From contig JAFWDW010000008.1 in NCBI GenBank assembly GCA_017515965.1, positions 1 to 41,189 of the forward strand: a stretch of DNA of 41,189 bases, given 5' to 3'. This DNA comes from Lachnospiraceae bacterium (lineage in GTDB: Bacteria; Bacillota; Clostridia; Lachnospirales; Lachnospiraceae). The notes under the pieces are model-generated. The model did no database searches. It was given only the letters and a program-made list of their open reading frames with translations, and was not told the DNA's origin. Shown piece after piece: positions 17,448 to 24,916 of the stretch (the first letter of the stretch is position 1; the number at the start of each line of letters is the position of its first letter). Position numbers and translations under genes: made by a program.

Positions 17448-18245
17448 ATGGAATTGTGCAGCATTGCCAGTGGCAGCAGCGGAAACTGCATCTATGTGGG
17501 CGGAGATCATACCAGGCTCTTAATAGACACCGGTTTGAGCAAAAAGAGAATACTGAATGGACTTGCCGGAATTGATGTCGGCCCGGATGAACTGGACGGT
17601 ATCCTGATCACACATGAACACGCCGACCATGTTTCCGGCTTAGGTGTTATGGCACGTGCACTGCATCTGCCGATTTACGGAACACGCGGGACCATAAGAG
17701 GCATCAGGAACATGTCTTCACTCGGTGAGATAGATGAAAGCCTGTTTCATGAGATTTCAGCTGATGTTGATTTTAGTGTCGGAGATCTGACGGTTCATCC
17801 GTTTCACATATCGCATGATGCCAATGACCCCGTGGCGTACCGTGTTACCGACGGCACAAGGACCGTGGCTGTCGCAACGGACATGGGAACATACGATGCC
17901 TATACGGTACGTAACCTGCAGAACGTGAACGGGTTGCTGCTGGAGTCGAATCATGATATCAGAATGCTGGAAGTAGGGCCTTATCCCTATCCTTTAAAAG
18001 CGCGCGTTGCGGGGGATTACGGACATCTGTCAAATGAGTGGTCCGGAAGGCTTCTCTGCGAGATCCTCAACGATGACATGAAACAGATTTTCCTGGGTCA
18101 TTTAAGTGAGCAGAACAACATGGAAGAGCTTGCCTATGAGACCGTAAAACTTGAAGTAACGCTCGGTGACAATCCGTATCGGGGCGAAGAATTGCCTATT
18201 TCTGTTGCTTCAAGGTATAAGCCTACCATCAAAGTGACTGTATAG
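17448..18245 (+). CDS. MBL-fold metallo-hydrolase (YycJ/WalJ-like)
   Basis: 265 aa. HEHADH zinc motif, N-terminal SGSSGNC...LIDTG. Confidence 0.85.
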   Translation: MELCSIASGSSGNCIYVGGDHTRLLIDTGLSKKRILNGLAGIDVGPDELDGILITHEHADHVSGLGVMARALHLPIYGTRGTIRGIRNMSSLGEIDESLFHEISADVDFSVGDLTVHPFHISHDANDPVAYRVTDGTRTVAVATDMGTYDAYTVRNLQNVNGLLLESNHDIRMLEVGPYPYPLKARVAGDYGHLSNEWSGRLLCEILNDDMKQIFLGHLSEQNNMEELAYETVKLEVTLGDNPYRGEELPISVASRYKPTIKVTV

Positions 18246-18275
18246 AGGACCGGAAAAAATTATGAAATGATTCTC

Positions 18276-18304
18276 TTGACATCAAATCTATAACGTAGTA
18301 AACT
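18276..18304 (+). promoter_or_regulatory. Promoter for tRNA-Gly(GCC) (TTGACA-17-TAAACT)
   Basis: -35 TTGACA at 18276-18281, 17-nt spacer, -10 TAAACT at 18299-18304, about 18 nt leader to the tRNA. Confidence 0.6.
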
Positions 18305-18328
18305 ACAGTTCGTACCGAAGAGGTATAT

Positions 18329-18401
18329 GCGATAGTAGTACAGTTGGTAGTACGCCACCTTGCCAAGGTGGAGGTCGCGAGTTCGAGTCTCGTCTGTCGC
18401 T
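18329..18401 (+). tRNA. tRNA-Gly (anticodon GCC)
   Basis: Acceptor GCGATAG/CTGTCGC (one G-U), D arm GTAC-AGTTGGTA-GTAC, anticodon arm CCACC-TT[GCC]AA-GGTGG, T arm GCGAG-TTCGAGT-CTCGT, discriminator T. Confidence 0.93.
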
Positions 18402-18411
18402 CTTTCTCAGA

Positions 18412-18449
18412 TAGCTCCCGAGTCTACGGACTTAGGAGCTTTCTTTTTA
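18412..18449 (+). terminator. Intrinsic terminator after tRNA-Gly(GCC)
   Basis: AGCTCCCGAGTC-tacg-GACTTAGGAGCT (12 bp including wobble/mismatch) followed by TTCTTTTTAT. Confidence 0.7.
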
Positions 18450-18479
18450 TCATGATACAATGATCATGGAGGTGCTGTT

Positions 18480-19013
18480 ATGAACCGCCGGTATTGGTCG
18501 GAATCTTTAGCTGAATTTAAAAAAATCAAAACGCTCACCGGCGCAGCGATGCTGATTGCTCTCGCTGTGATACTGAGCTTCGTCACGATAGCGCCTTCGG
18601 ATTATCTGCGCATCGGGCTGGCGTTTCTGCCGAAGGAAGTCATGGCCGCGCTGTTCGGACCGATCGTCGGCATGGTCGGCAATGGTATCACGGATATTAT
18701 TCAGTACGCGCTTAAGCCTACAGGACCGTATTTCTTCGGCTGGACTTTCAATACCATGCTGATCGGTCTCTTCGGAGGCCTGATCCTTTACAAAAAGGAA
18801 GTTAAGCTCTGGCGCGTCCTGGTCGTCAATGGCTTTGAAGCTCTGGTCAATATATTTCTGGCAACTTGGTGGATCTCGATTTTGTACGGTAATGGTTTTA
18901 TGGCACTGTTTCCGGTCCGGGCTGTCAAGAATCTGATCCAATATCCGATCAATGTGATTTTGTTTTACGCCGTGTGGAAAATTATTGAGCGTGAAAAGGT
19001 GTTCAGAACCTGA
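18480..19013 (+). CDS. folT: ECF transporter S component, folate family (FolT-like)
   Basis: 177 aa, about 6 TM helices. Typical ECF S-component size. Sits directly upstream of thyA-folA. The substrate call rests mainly on context. Confidence 0.72.
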   Translation: MNRRYWSESLAEFKKIKTLTGAAMLIALAVILSFVTIAPSDYLRIGLAFLPKEVMAALFGPIVGMVGNGITDIIQYALKPTGPYFFGWTFNTMLIGLFGGLILYKKEVKLWRVLVVNGFEALVNIFLATWWISILYGNGFMALFPVRAVKNLIQYPINVILFYAVWKIIEREKVFRT

Positions 19014-19027
19014 AAGGAGATTCGTTT

Positions 19028-19876
19028 ATGAGTGCTGCCGATCAAATTTTTATCAATATGTGTCGTGACATACTGGAAAACGGAACCAGTACGGAAGATG
19101 AAAAGGTACGCCCGAAATGGGAAGACGGATCCAGTGCCTATACGATCAAGAAATTCGGTGTCGTTAACCGGTACGATCTCAGCAAGGAGTTTCCTGCGAT
19201 GACACTGCGTCCTGTCGCGATCAAAATGGCTACGGATGAGATGCTGTGGATCTGGCAGAAGAAATCCAATAATATTCATGAATTATCCAGTCATATCTGG
19301 GACAGCTGGGCCGACGAAGACGGATCGATCGGAAAGGCCTACGGCTATCAGATGAGTGTGAAACACCGCTATGCCGAAGGCATGATGGATCAGGTTGAGC
19401 GTGTTATCTATGATTTAAAGAATAATCCGTTCAGCAGGCGCATCATGACCAATATGTATGTGCACGCCGATCTGTCTGAGATGAATCTCTATCCGTGCGC
19501 CTACAGCATGACGTTTAATGTCACGAAAGATCCGCAGACCGGAAAACATGTACTCAATGCGATTCTTAACCAGCGTTCACAGGATGTTCTGACATCCAAC
19601 AACTGGAATGTTTGTCAATATGCCGTGCTGGTGCATATGATGGCCCGTGTCTGTGATATGAAAGCAGGAGAGCTGGTCCATGTGATCGCTGATGCGCATA
19701 TCTATGACCGGCATGTACCGATCGTTCGCGAGATGATCGAGCGGCCGACCTATCCGGCGCCGATCCTTTGGCTCAACCCTGAGAAAAACGACTTTTATGA
19801 TTTCACAAAAGATGATGTCAAGCTGATCAACTATCAACACAATGAACAGATCAGAAATATCCCTGTAGCTGTTTGA
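19028..19876 (+). CDS. thyA: Thymidylate synthase (ThyA)
   Basis: 282 aa. RRIMTNMY...LYPCAYSMTFNV (catalytic Cys), NQRSQDV, DAHIYD motifs. Confidence 0.95.
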   Translation: MSAADQIFINMCRDILENGTSTEDEKVRPKWEDGSSAYTIKKFGVVNRYDLSKEFPAMTLRPVAIKMATDEMLWIWQKKSNNIHELSSHIWDSWADEDGSIGKAYGYQMSVKHRYAEGMMDQVERVIYDLKNNPFSRRIMTNMYVHADLSEMNLYPCAYSMTFNVTKDPQTGKHVLNAILNQRSQDVLTSNNWNVCQYAVLVHMMARVCDMKAGELVHVIADAHIYDRHVPIVREMIERPTYPAPILWLNPEKNDFYDFTKDDVKLINYQHNEQIRNIPVAV

Positions 19877-19888
19877 TGAGGAGGCAGT

Positions 19889-20380
19889 ATGAATCTAATA
19901 GCAGCTGTTGACAATAACTGGGGAATCGGCAAAGACGGAAAACTCTTGACGAGCATCCCCAAAGATATGAAATTCTTCCGGGAAAAGACCACAGGAAATG
20001 TGGTGGTGATGGGCAGAAAAACGCTTGAGAGTTTTCCGGGACAAAAGCCATTGCCTAACCGCGTCAATATCGTTCTGACACGCGATCCGCATTATCACGC
20101 AGAAGGAGCGGTAATCGTCCACGACATGGATGAACTGAAAAAGGCATTGCAGCCATATCCGGACCAATCCGTGTTTGTGATTGGAGGAGAAGCCATCTAC
20201 AGGCAGCTCCTTGCGGAGTGCGATACGGCCTATCTGACTAAGATCGACCATGTTTTTGATGCAGATGCTTTCTTCCCGGATATAGATGCAATGCCTGAAT
20301 GGCAATGTATCAGTACAAGCGAAGAACAGACTTATTTTAATCTGGTATATTATTTCACTGTGTATCAGAAACTGTCTTAA
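19889..20380 (+). CDS. folA: Dihydrofolate reductase
   Basis: 163 aa. MNLIAAVDNNWGIGKDGKL, VVMGRKTLESFP, VIGGEAIY motifs. Confidence 0.93.
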   Translation: MNLIAAVDNNWGIGKDGKLLTSIPKDMKFFREKTTGNVVVMGRKTLESFPGQKPLPNRVNIVLTRDPHYHAEGAVIVHDMDELKKALQPYPDQSVFVIGGEAIYRQLLAECDTAYLTKIDHVFDADAFFPDIDAMPEWQCISTSEEQTYFNLVYYFTVYQKLS

Positions 20381-21084
20381 AGCTGAATGTCTTTCATCAG
20401 GTCACCCAAGCTGGTGCCGATCTTCTCGGCTTTGGGGATCTTGACACGTTCGGGACGTCCCGCACGAGGAGCGGAGTCATCAGACTTACGTCCGTTATCA
20501 CTCAAAGCTTTGATAGAAAGAGAGATCTTGCCGTCGCGCACGCCGATGACCTTGGTGTCGACCTCATCGCCTTCCTTCAGCACGCCCTTGAGAGATTCAA
20601 GTCTCTTATGGGAGACCTGAGAGATATGGACGAGACCGGAGAGACCGTCTTCAAGACGGATGAATGCTCCATAAGGCTGGATATTCTCTACTGTTCCGTG
20701 AACAACAGAACCAACTTCGATCTGAGAGACTTTTTCAGCCTGCTTACGGCGCTCTTCCTTGCGGAGGAGTTCTCTGGCTGAAAGGACCAGACGGTTGTTA
20801 TCAGGATCACAGTCGATCACTTGCACATCCATCTCCTTGTTTAAGAGAGTCTCAAGATCCTCAACATAGCTGAGAGAGACTTTCGATGCGGGAATAAAAC
20901 CGCGAAGGCCCTCGACCATGGCAATGACACCACCTGTGACGACACCGCTGATCGTTACATGAATCGGCGTTTTGTCAGCCTGGTATTTTGCCACGCGATT
21001 CCACGGATTGGCATCATCAAAATGATCTTCGAGATCAGCCATCGTGGTTTCTTCAGTGGTTTCGATTACAGTTTCTTCGCTCAT
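20377..21084 (-). CDS. S1 RNA-binding domain protein (two S1 folds, acidic N-tail, basic C-tail)
   Basis: 235 aa. GVVTGGVIAMVEGLRGFIPASKVS and GTVENIQPYGAFIRLEDGLSGLVHISQVSHKR are S1 OB-fold signatures. SD GAGGAAGG. Confidence 0.85.
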   Translation of the reverse strand: MSEETVIETTEETTMADLEDHFDDANPWNRVAKYQADKTPIHVTISGVVTGGVIAMVEGLRGFIPASKVSLSYVEDLETLLNKEMDVQVIDCDPDNNRLVLSARELLRKEERRKQAEKVSQIEVGSVVHGTVENIQPYGAFIRLEDGLSGLVHISQVSHKRLESLKGVLKEGDEVDTKVIGVRDGKISLSIKALSDNGRKSDDSAPRAGRPERVKIPKAEKIGTSLGDLMKDIQL

Positions 21085-21113
21085 AGTACACCTTCCTCAA
21101 TAGATATTATTCT

Positions 21114-21121
21114 TGTATAAT
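21114..21121 (+). promoter_or_regulatory. Candidate extended -10 promoter (TGTATAAT) for the DUF4364 gene
   Basis: Consensus TG-n-TATAAT at 21114-21121, about 60 nt upstream of ATG 21184. Confidence 0.35.
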
Positions 21122-21183
21122 GCTATAATAATACAACGCAACATTGACAATATATCACACGCATTGCAAAAAGGCAATTCAAA

Positions 21184-21699
21184 ATGACGAACAAACTCAC
21201 AGTATTCTTTAAAATGATGGTCCTCTACATGATGGGGCAGGTGGATTCTGATCTGAGTGCGACCCAGATCGGTGAATTCATGGTCATCGAGGATTACGTT
21301 TCGTTTTTTGCCTTCCAGCAGATCCTGTATGAACTGGAACAGGATCAGATGATTTCATCCAGAAAAGCAGACCACAACACGTATTATCATCTCGAGGGAC
21401 CCGGCAGGAATGCACTGGCTTACTTCGGGGAGAATCTGCAGCCTGAGATACGCAGAGAGATCACGGACTACGTGAATGAAAAAAAGTGGGAGACCAGTCA
21501 TGAGAGCGCGATCAAAGCAGATTATACGCTCAATGCCAACGGAGATTATGCTGTACGTCTGCAGGCTTTCGAAAACAAACTTCCTCTTGTAGATCTGACG
21601 GTAACCGTTCCCGATGAGGAGACAGCGATGAAGGTCTGCGACAGCTGGTATGATCACAACACAGATATCTACGCCTTTTTGATGAGAGAATTATTGTAA
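21184..21699 (+). CDS. DUF4364-family protein (PadR-like winged-helix N-domain, putative regulator)
   Basis: 171 aa. The N-terminal KMMVLYMMGQVDSDLSATQIGEFMV...YELEQDQMI pattern matches my recollection of DUF4364. The start codon is uncertain (weak SD). Confidence 0.65.
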   Translation: MTNKLTVFFKMMVLYMMGQVDSDLSATQIGEFMVIEDYVSFFAFQQILYELEQDQMISSRKADHNTYYHLEGPGRNALAYFGENLQPEIRREITDYVNEKKWETSHESAIKADYTLNANGDYAVRLQAFENKLPLVDLTVTVPDEETAMKVCDSWYDHNTDIYAFLMRELL

Positions 21700-21715
21700 A
21701 CAGTCCTGAAAATAA

Positions 21716-21748
21716 ATGTCAACTAGTAATGCGATAGCAGGTTGACAT
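21716..21748 (+). promoter_or_regulatory. BirA operator (bioO): ATGTCAAC-N17-GTTGACAT
   Basis: Perfect 8-bp inverted repeat of the TGTnAAC...GTTnACA type known for Firmicute BirA sites. It overlaps the -35 of the bioY promoter, and a BirA with an N-terminal HTH is encoded in the same operon. Confidence 0.78.
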
Positions 21749-21770
21749 TTGAAAATATCCTGTTTATACT
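21742..21770 (+). promoter_or_regulatory. bioY operon promoter (TTGACA-17-TATACT)
   Basis: -35 TTGACA at 21742-21747 (inside the right operator arm), 17-nt spacer, -10 TATACT at 21765-21770. Confidence 0.6.
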
Positions 21771-21815
21771 GCTGAATGATAAAAGATGAACAGCAGTTAT
21801 AAACAGGAGTTTTTT

Positions 21816-22412
21816 ATGAGTGAAAACAAACAAAATGTACGGAATCTGGTTCAAATAGCAGCTTTTACTGCGTTGCTCGCCATTATGGCTCAAATCAGCA
21901 TTCCGATGCCCGCGGGTGTTCCCATGACCATGCAGACGCTGGCGGTTCCTCTGGCAGGCCTGATCCTTGGCGCGAACAGAGGAACTCTTGCAACTGTATT
22001 ATATGTGTTGCTTGGTATTTTCGGCGTCCCTGTTTTCGCAGGCTTTTCCGGAGGCCCTGGAATTGCGTTCGGAATCACGGGCGGTTTTATCATTTCTTTT
22101 CCTGTAATGGCTTATCTGGCCGGCCTGGGCATACAGCTCGCCGATAAGATCCATCGGTCAGAAGCATCAGCAAAGATCAAATCGCTGGGTGTGATGTACC
22201 TGTTTCTGCTGATCGGCGCTGTGGTGAACTATATTGCAGGGATGCTCTGGTTCGGCAGGATCGCCGGAACAGGTATGAGAGAAGCTTTTGTCCTGAGCGT
22301 TCTACCGTTTATTCCAACGTCGATCATTAAAATCGTTCTGGCCGGATGGATGGGACCGCTCCTGCGGACAGTCCTTCGCAGAGCACATGTATTGGAGACG
22401 TCTGATGTCTGA
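21816..22412 (+). CDS. bioY: Biotin transporter BioY (ECF S component)
   Basis: Start MSENKQ at 21816 with SD AGGAG at 21805-21809. Multi-TM protein with the IPMP..VP.T.QT..V.L.G..LG pattern typical of BioY. Confidence 0.9.
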   Translation: MSENKQNVRNLVQIAAFTALLAIMAQISIPMPAGVPMTMQTLAVPLAGLILGANRGTLATVLYVLLGIFGVPVFAGFSGGPGIAFGITGGFIISFPVMAYLAGLGIQLADKIHRSEASAKIKSLGVMYLFLLIGAVVNYIAGMLWFGRIAGTGMREAFVLSVLPFIPTSIIKIVLAGWMGPLLRTVLRRAHVLETSDV

Positions 22413-22809
22413 CCATAAACATACCGTACGTCTCCGCGCACATCATCTTTTGTGTATGCATGGCTTTCAGGGTAAAGGATACAGCGATCTCTTTGTGCGC
22501 CGCTTAAGAGAGATCATTGACCTGCTGAATGATGATCCGGATCAGATCATAGAGATCATACATGCGGTTGATGACATATGTCTGTACTGTCCGCATGCAG
22601 GAGGGGACGGTTTGTGTGATCATGAAACAAAAGTTTCTGACTATGATGAGAAAGCTCTGGACTTTTTTGGAATACGTGAAGGCTGCGCAGATTTCAGAAA
22701 GCTTAAGGAGAGAGTTGATGATGATCTGAGCGCGGAAGAACTGTATAAAATATGTCCGGACTGCCAGTGGCTTGATTTGTGTCTTGAATCGTTCAAGGAG
22801 GAAACATGA
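22405..22809 (+). CDS. Cys/His-rich DUF1284-type protein (function unknown)
   Basis: 134 aa from ATG 22405 (SD GGAGA at 22393-22397). The RAHHLLCMHGFQGKGYS N-terminal motif plus CLYCPH...C...CPDCQWLDLC matches my recollection of PF06935. It overlaps the bioY stop by 8 nt and the birA start by 4 nt. Confidence 0.7.
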   Translation: MSDHKHTVRLRAHHLLCMHGFQGKGYSDLFVRRLREIIDLLNDDPDQIIEIIHAVDDICLYCPHAGGDGLCDHETKVSDYDEKALDFFGIREGCADFRKLKERVDDDLSAEELYKICPDCQWLDLCLESFKEET

Positions 22810-23789
22810 CAACAAAAGAACGTTTATTCGGTCTCCTGGATGAGAACAGAGGCCGGTTTATATCGGGAGAGGAAATCGCATCCTCTCTTTTAGTTTCAAG
22901 AGCAGCTGTATGGAAGGGGATACAATCGCTGCGCCGTGACGGTTATGAAATAGAAGCAGTGCGGAACAAGGGGTATATGATGCCGGAAAGAACAGATATT
23001 TTGTCTGCTTCAGGTGTTTTAAAATATCTCGAGGATATAACCGGCCGCTACGGCCTTTTTATCGATGTTCAAAAATCTGTGACATCTACCAATACAGTCC
23101 TGAAAGAAAAAGCACAACAGGGCGGGACTGAAGGCTGTGTACTGATCGCGGCCAATCAGACAGCCGGTAAGGGCCGTGTGGGGCGCAGTTTCTATTCCCC
23201 TGAAAATACAGGTGTGTATCTGAGCCTTTTGCTGCGGCCGGAGGCTTATGACGCTGTGCGTGCGTCACGCTTTACAACGATGGCGGCTGTTGCCGCCTGC
23301 AAAGCAGTTGAGGAGTTGACAGATGATCGGGCTTTGATCAAATGGGTGAACGACGTCTATCTGCATGACCGTAAAATAGCAGGCATCCTGACAGAGGCAT
23401 CCATTGACCTTGAAAGCGGATATATCGAATATGCTGTTCTCGGGATCGGATTCAATGTCTATGAGCCTGTAAACGGATTTCCGGATGAGATCCGAAACCG
23501 TGCAGGATCTATTTTAAAAACGCAGGGAAGAGATGCAAAAAACAAGCTGGCCGCTGCTTTTATACGTTATTTTATGGCCTGTTACCATGACGATCAGTCA
23601 GCTCAGGACTATATTCATGAATACCGTGAGCGCAGTTTTGTAGTAGGGCACGAGATAGAAGTCATAGAAGGGGAAAAAAGGACGCCGGCATATGCACTGT
23701 CTGTCGATGATGAATGCCGTTTGATTGTCAGGTATGCAAATGGGATGACGGAGGCACTGTCAGCCGGCGAAGTCAGTATTTGCATCTGA
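22806..23789 (+). CDS. birA: Bifunctional biotin--[acetyl-CoA-carboxylase] ligase / bio repressor BirA (class II, with HTH)
   Basis: 327 aa. N-terminal wHTH (ISGEEIASSLLVSRAAVWKGIQSLRRDGYEI), catalytic GKGRVGRSF and KWVNDV motifs. Confidence 0.93.
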   Translation: MTTKERLFGLLDENRGRFISGEEIASSLLVSRAAVWKGIQSLRRDGYEIEAVRNKGYMMPERTDILSASGVLKYLEDITGRYGLFIDVQKSVTSTNTVLKEKAQQGGTEGCVLIAANQTAGKGRVGRSFYSPENTGVYLSLLLRPEAYDAVRASRFTTMAAVAACKAVEELTDDRALIKWVNDVYLHDRKIAGILTEASIDLESGYIEYAVLGIGFNVYEPVNGFPDEIRNRAGSILKTQGRDAKNKLAAAFIRYFMACYHDDQSAQDYIHEYRERSFVVGHEIEVIEGEKRTPAYALSVDDECRLIVRYANGMTEALSAGEVSICI

Positions 23790-23796
23790 TACTGTC

Positions 23797-23825
23797 TTGC
23801 TTATAGTCATGTCTGATAGTATAAT
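23797..23825 (+). promoter_or_regulatory. pheST promoter (TTGCTT-17-TATAAT)
   Basis: -35 at 23797-23802, 17-nt spacer, consensus -10 at 23820-23825. Leaves about a 30-nt leader to ATG 23864. Confidence 0.55.
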
Positions 23826-23863
23826 ACATTGGTTAGGCTTAGTAGTATGAGGAGACTGTAAAT

Positions 23864-24883
23864 ATGCAAAAGAAAATTGAAGAGATCAAACAAAAAGCAC
23901 TCGAACTGATTTCCGAGGCTAATTCACCTGAAAAGATTCAGGAGACCCGTGTCAAGTTCCTCGGGAAGAAGGGTGAACTGACTGCGCTGCTTAAATCAAT
24001 GAAGGATGTAGATCCTGCCATGCGCCCTCAGATTGGTGCATGGGTGAACCAGGCGCGTGCTCAGATCGAAAAGCAAATGGAACTGGCCGGCGAGGAAATG
24101 AAAGCAAAGATGCTCAAACAGCGTCTGGCGGCTGAGACAATCGATGTGACACTGCCCGGTAAAGCACCCAAACAAGGCCATCTGCATCCCAATGAGATCG
24201 CTCTGCGCGAGGTGGAGAGGATCTTCATCGGATTAGGCTATGAGGTGGTTTCGGGTCCCGAAGTTGAATACGATGAATACAATTTCGAAAAGCTGAATAT
24301 CCCGAAAGGACATCCGGCCCGTGATGAGCAGGATACCTTTTATATCAATTCCAATATCGTTCTGCGCACACAGACATCTTCTGTGCAGGCAAGAATTATG
24401 GAGCAGGGGAAACTCCCGATCCGTATCATCTCTCCGGGACGTGTGTTCCGCTCGGATGCTGTTGACGCGACACATTCTCCTTCATTCCATCAGATCGAGG
24501 GACTGCTGATAGATGAAAAGAGTTCGTTTTCCGATCTGAAGGGAACCCTGGAAGTGTTTGCGAAAGAACTGTTTGGCGAGAACACGAAGACCAAATTCAG
24601 ACCGCATCATTTCCCGTTTACAGAACCAAGTGCCGAGATGGATGTCAGTTGTTTTAAATGCGGCGGCAAAGGATGCCGGTTCTGCAAGGGCGAAGGGTGG
24701 ATCGAGATTCTCGGATGCGGCATGGTACATCCTCATGTGCTTGAAATGTGCGGCCTTGATCCCGAAAAGTATAGTGGATTTGCCTGTGGTGTCGGACTTG
24801 AGCGTATCGCACTCTTAAAGTACGAGATCGATGACATGAGACTGCTGTATGAAAACGATATGAGATTCTTAGAGCAGTTTTGA
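23864..24883 (+). CDS. pheS: Phenylalanine--tRNA ligase alpha subunit
   Basis: 339 aa. Class II motifs (GRVFRSD, FHQIEG, GFACGVGLERIA). Confidence 0.97.
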   Translation: MQKKIEEIKQKALELISEANSPEKIQETRVKFLGKKGELTALLKSMKDVDPAMRPQIGAWVNQARAQIEKQMELAGEEMKAKMLKQRLAAETIDVTLPGKAPKQGHLHPNEIALREVERIFIGLGYEVVSGPEVEYDEYNFEKLNIPKGHPARDEQDTFYINSNIVLRTQTSSVQARIMEQGKLPIRIISPGRVFRSDAVDATHSPSFHQIEGLLIDEKSSFSDLKGTLEVFAKELFGENTKTKFRPHHFPFTEPSAEMDVSCFKCGGKGCRFCKGEGWIEILGCGMVHPHVLEMCGLDPEKYSGFACGVGLERIALLKYEIDDMRLLYENDMRFLEQF

Positions 24884-24916
24884 CGCAGACAGAGGATAGA
24901 AAGAGGGCAAATCATT

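Noticed and set aside
18402-18479. THF riboswitch upstream of folT
   Set aside because: Only about 30 nt are available between the terminator U-tract and the ATG, too short for any known THF riboswitch class.
21163-21177. Inverted repeat ATTGC-aaaaag-GCAAT just upstream of the DUF4364 gene, as a possible autoregulatory operator
   Set aside because: The arms are only 5 bp in AT-rich sequence, which is easily explained by chance.
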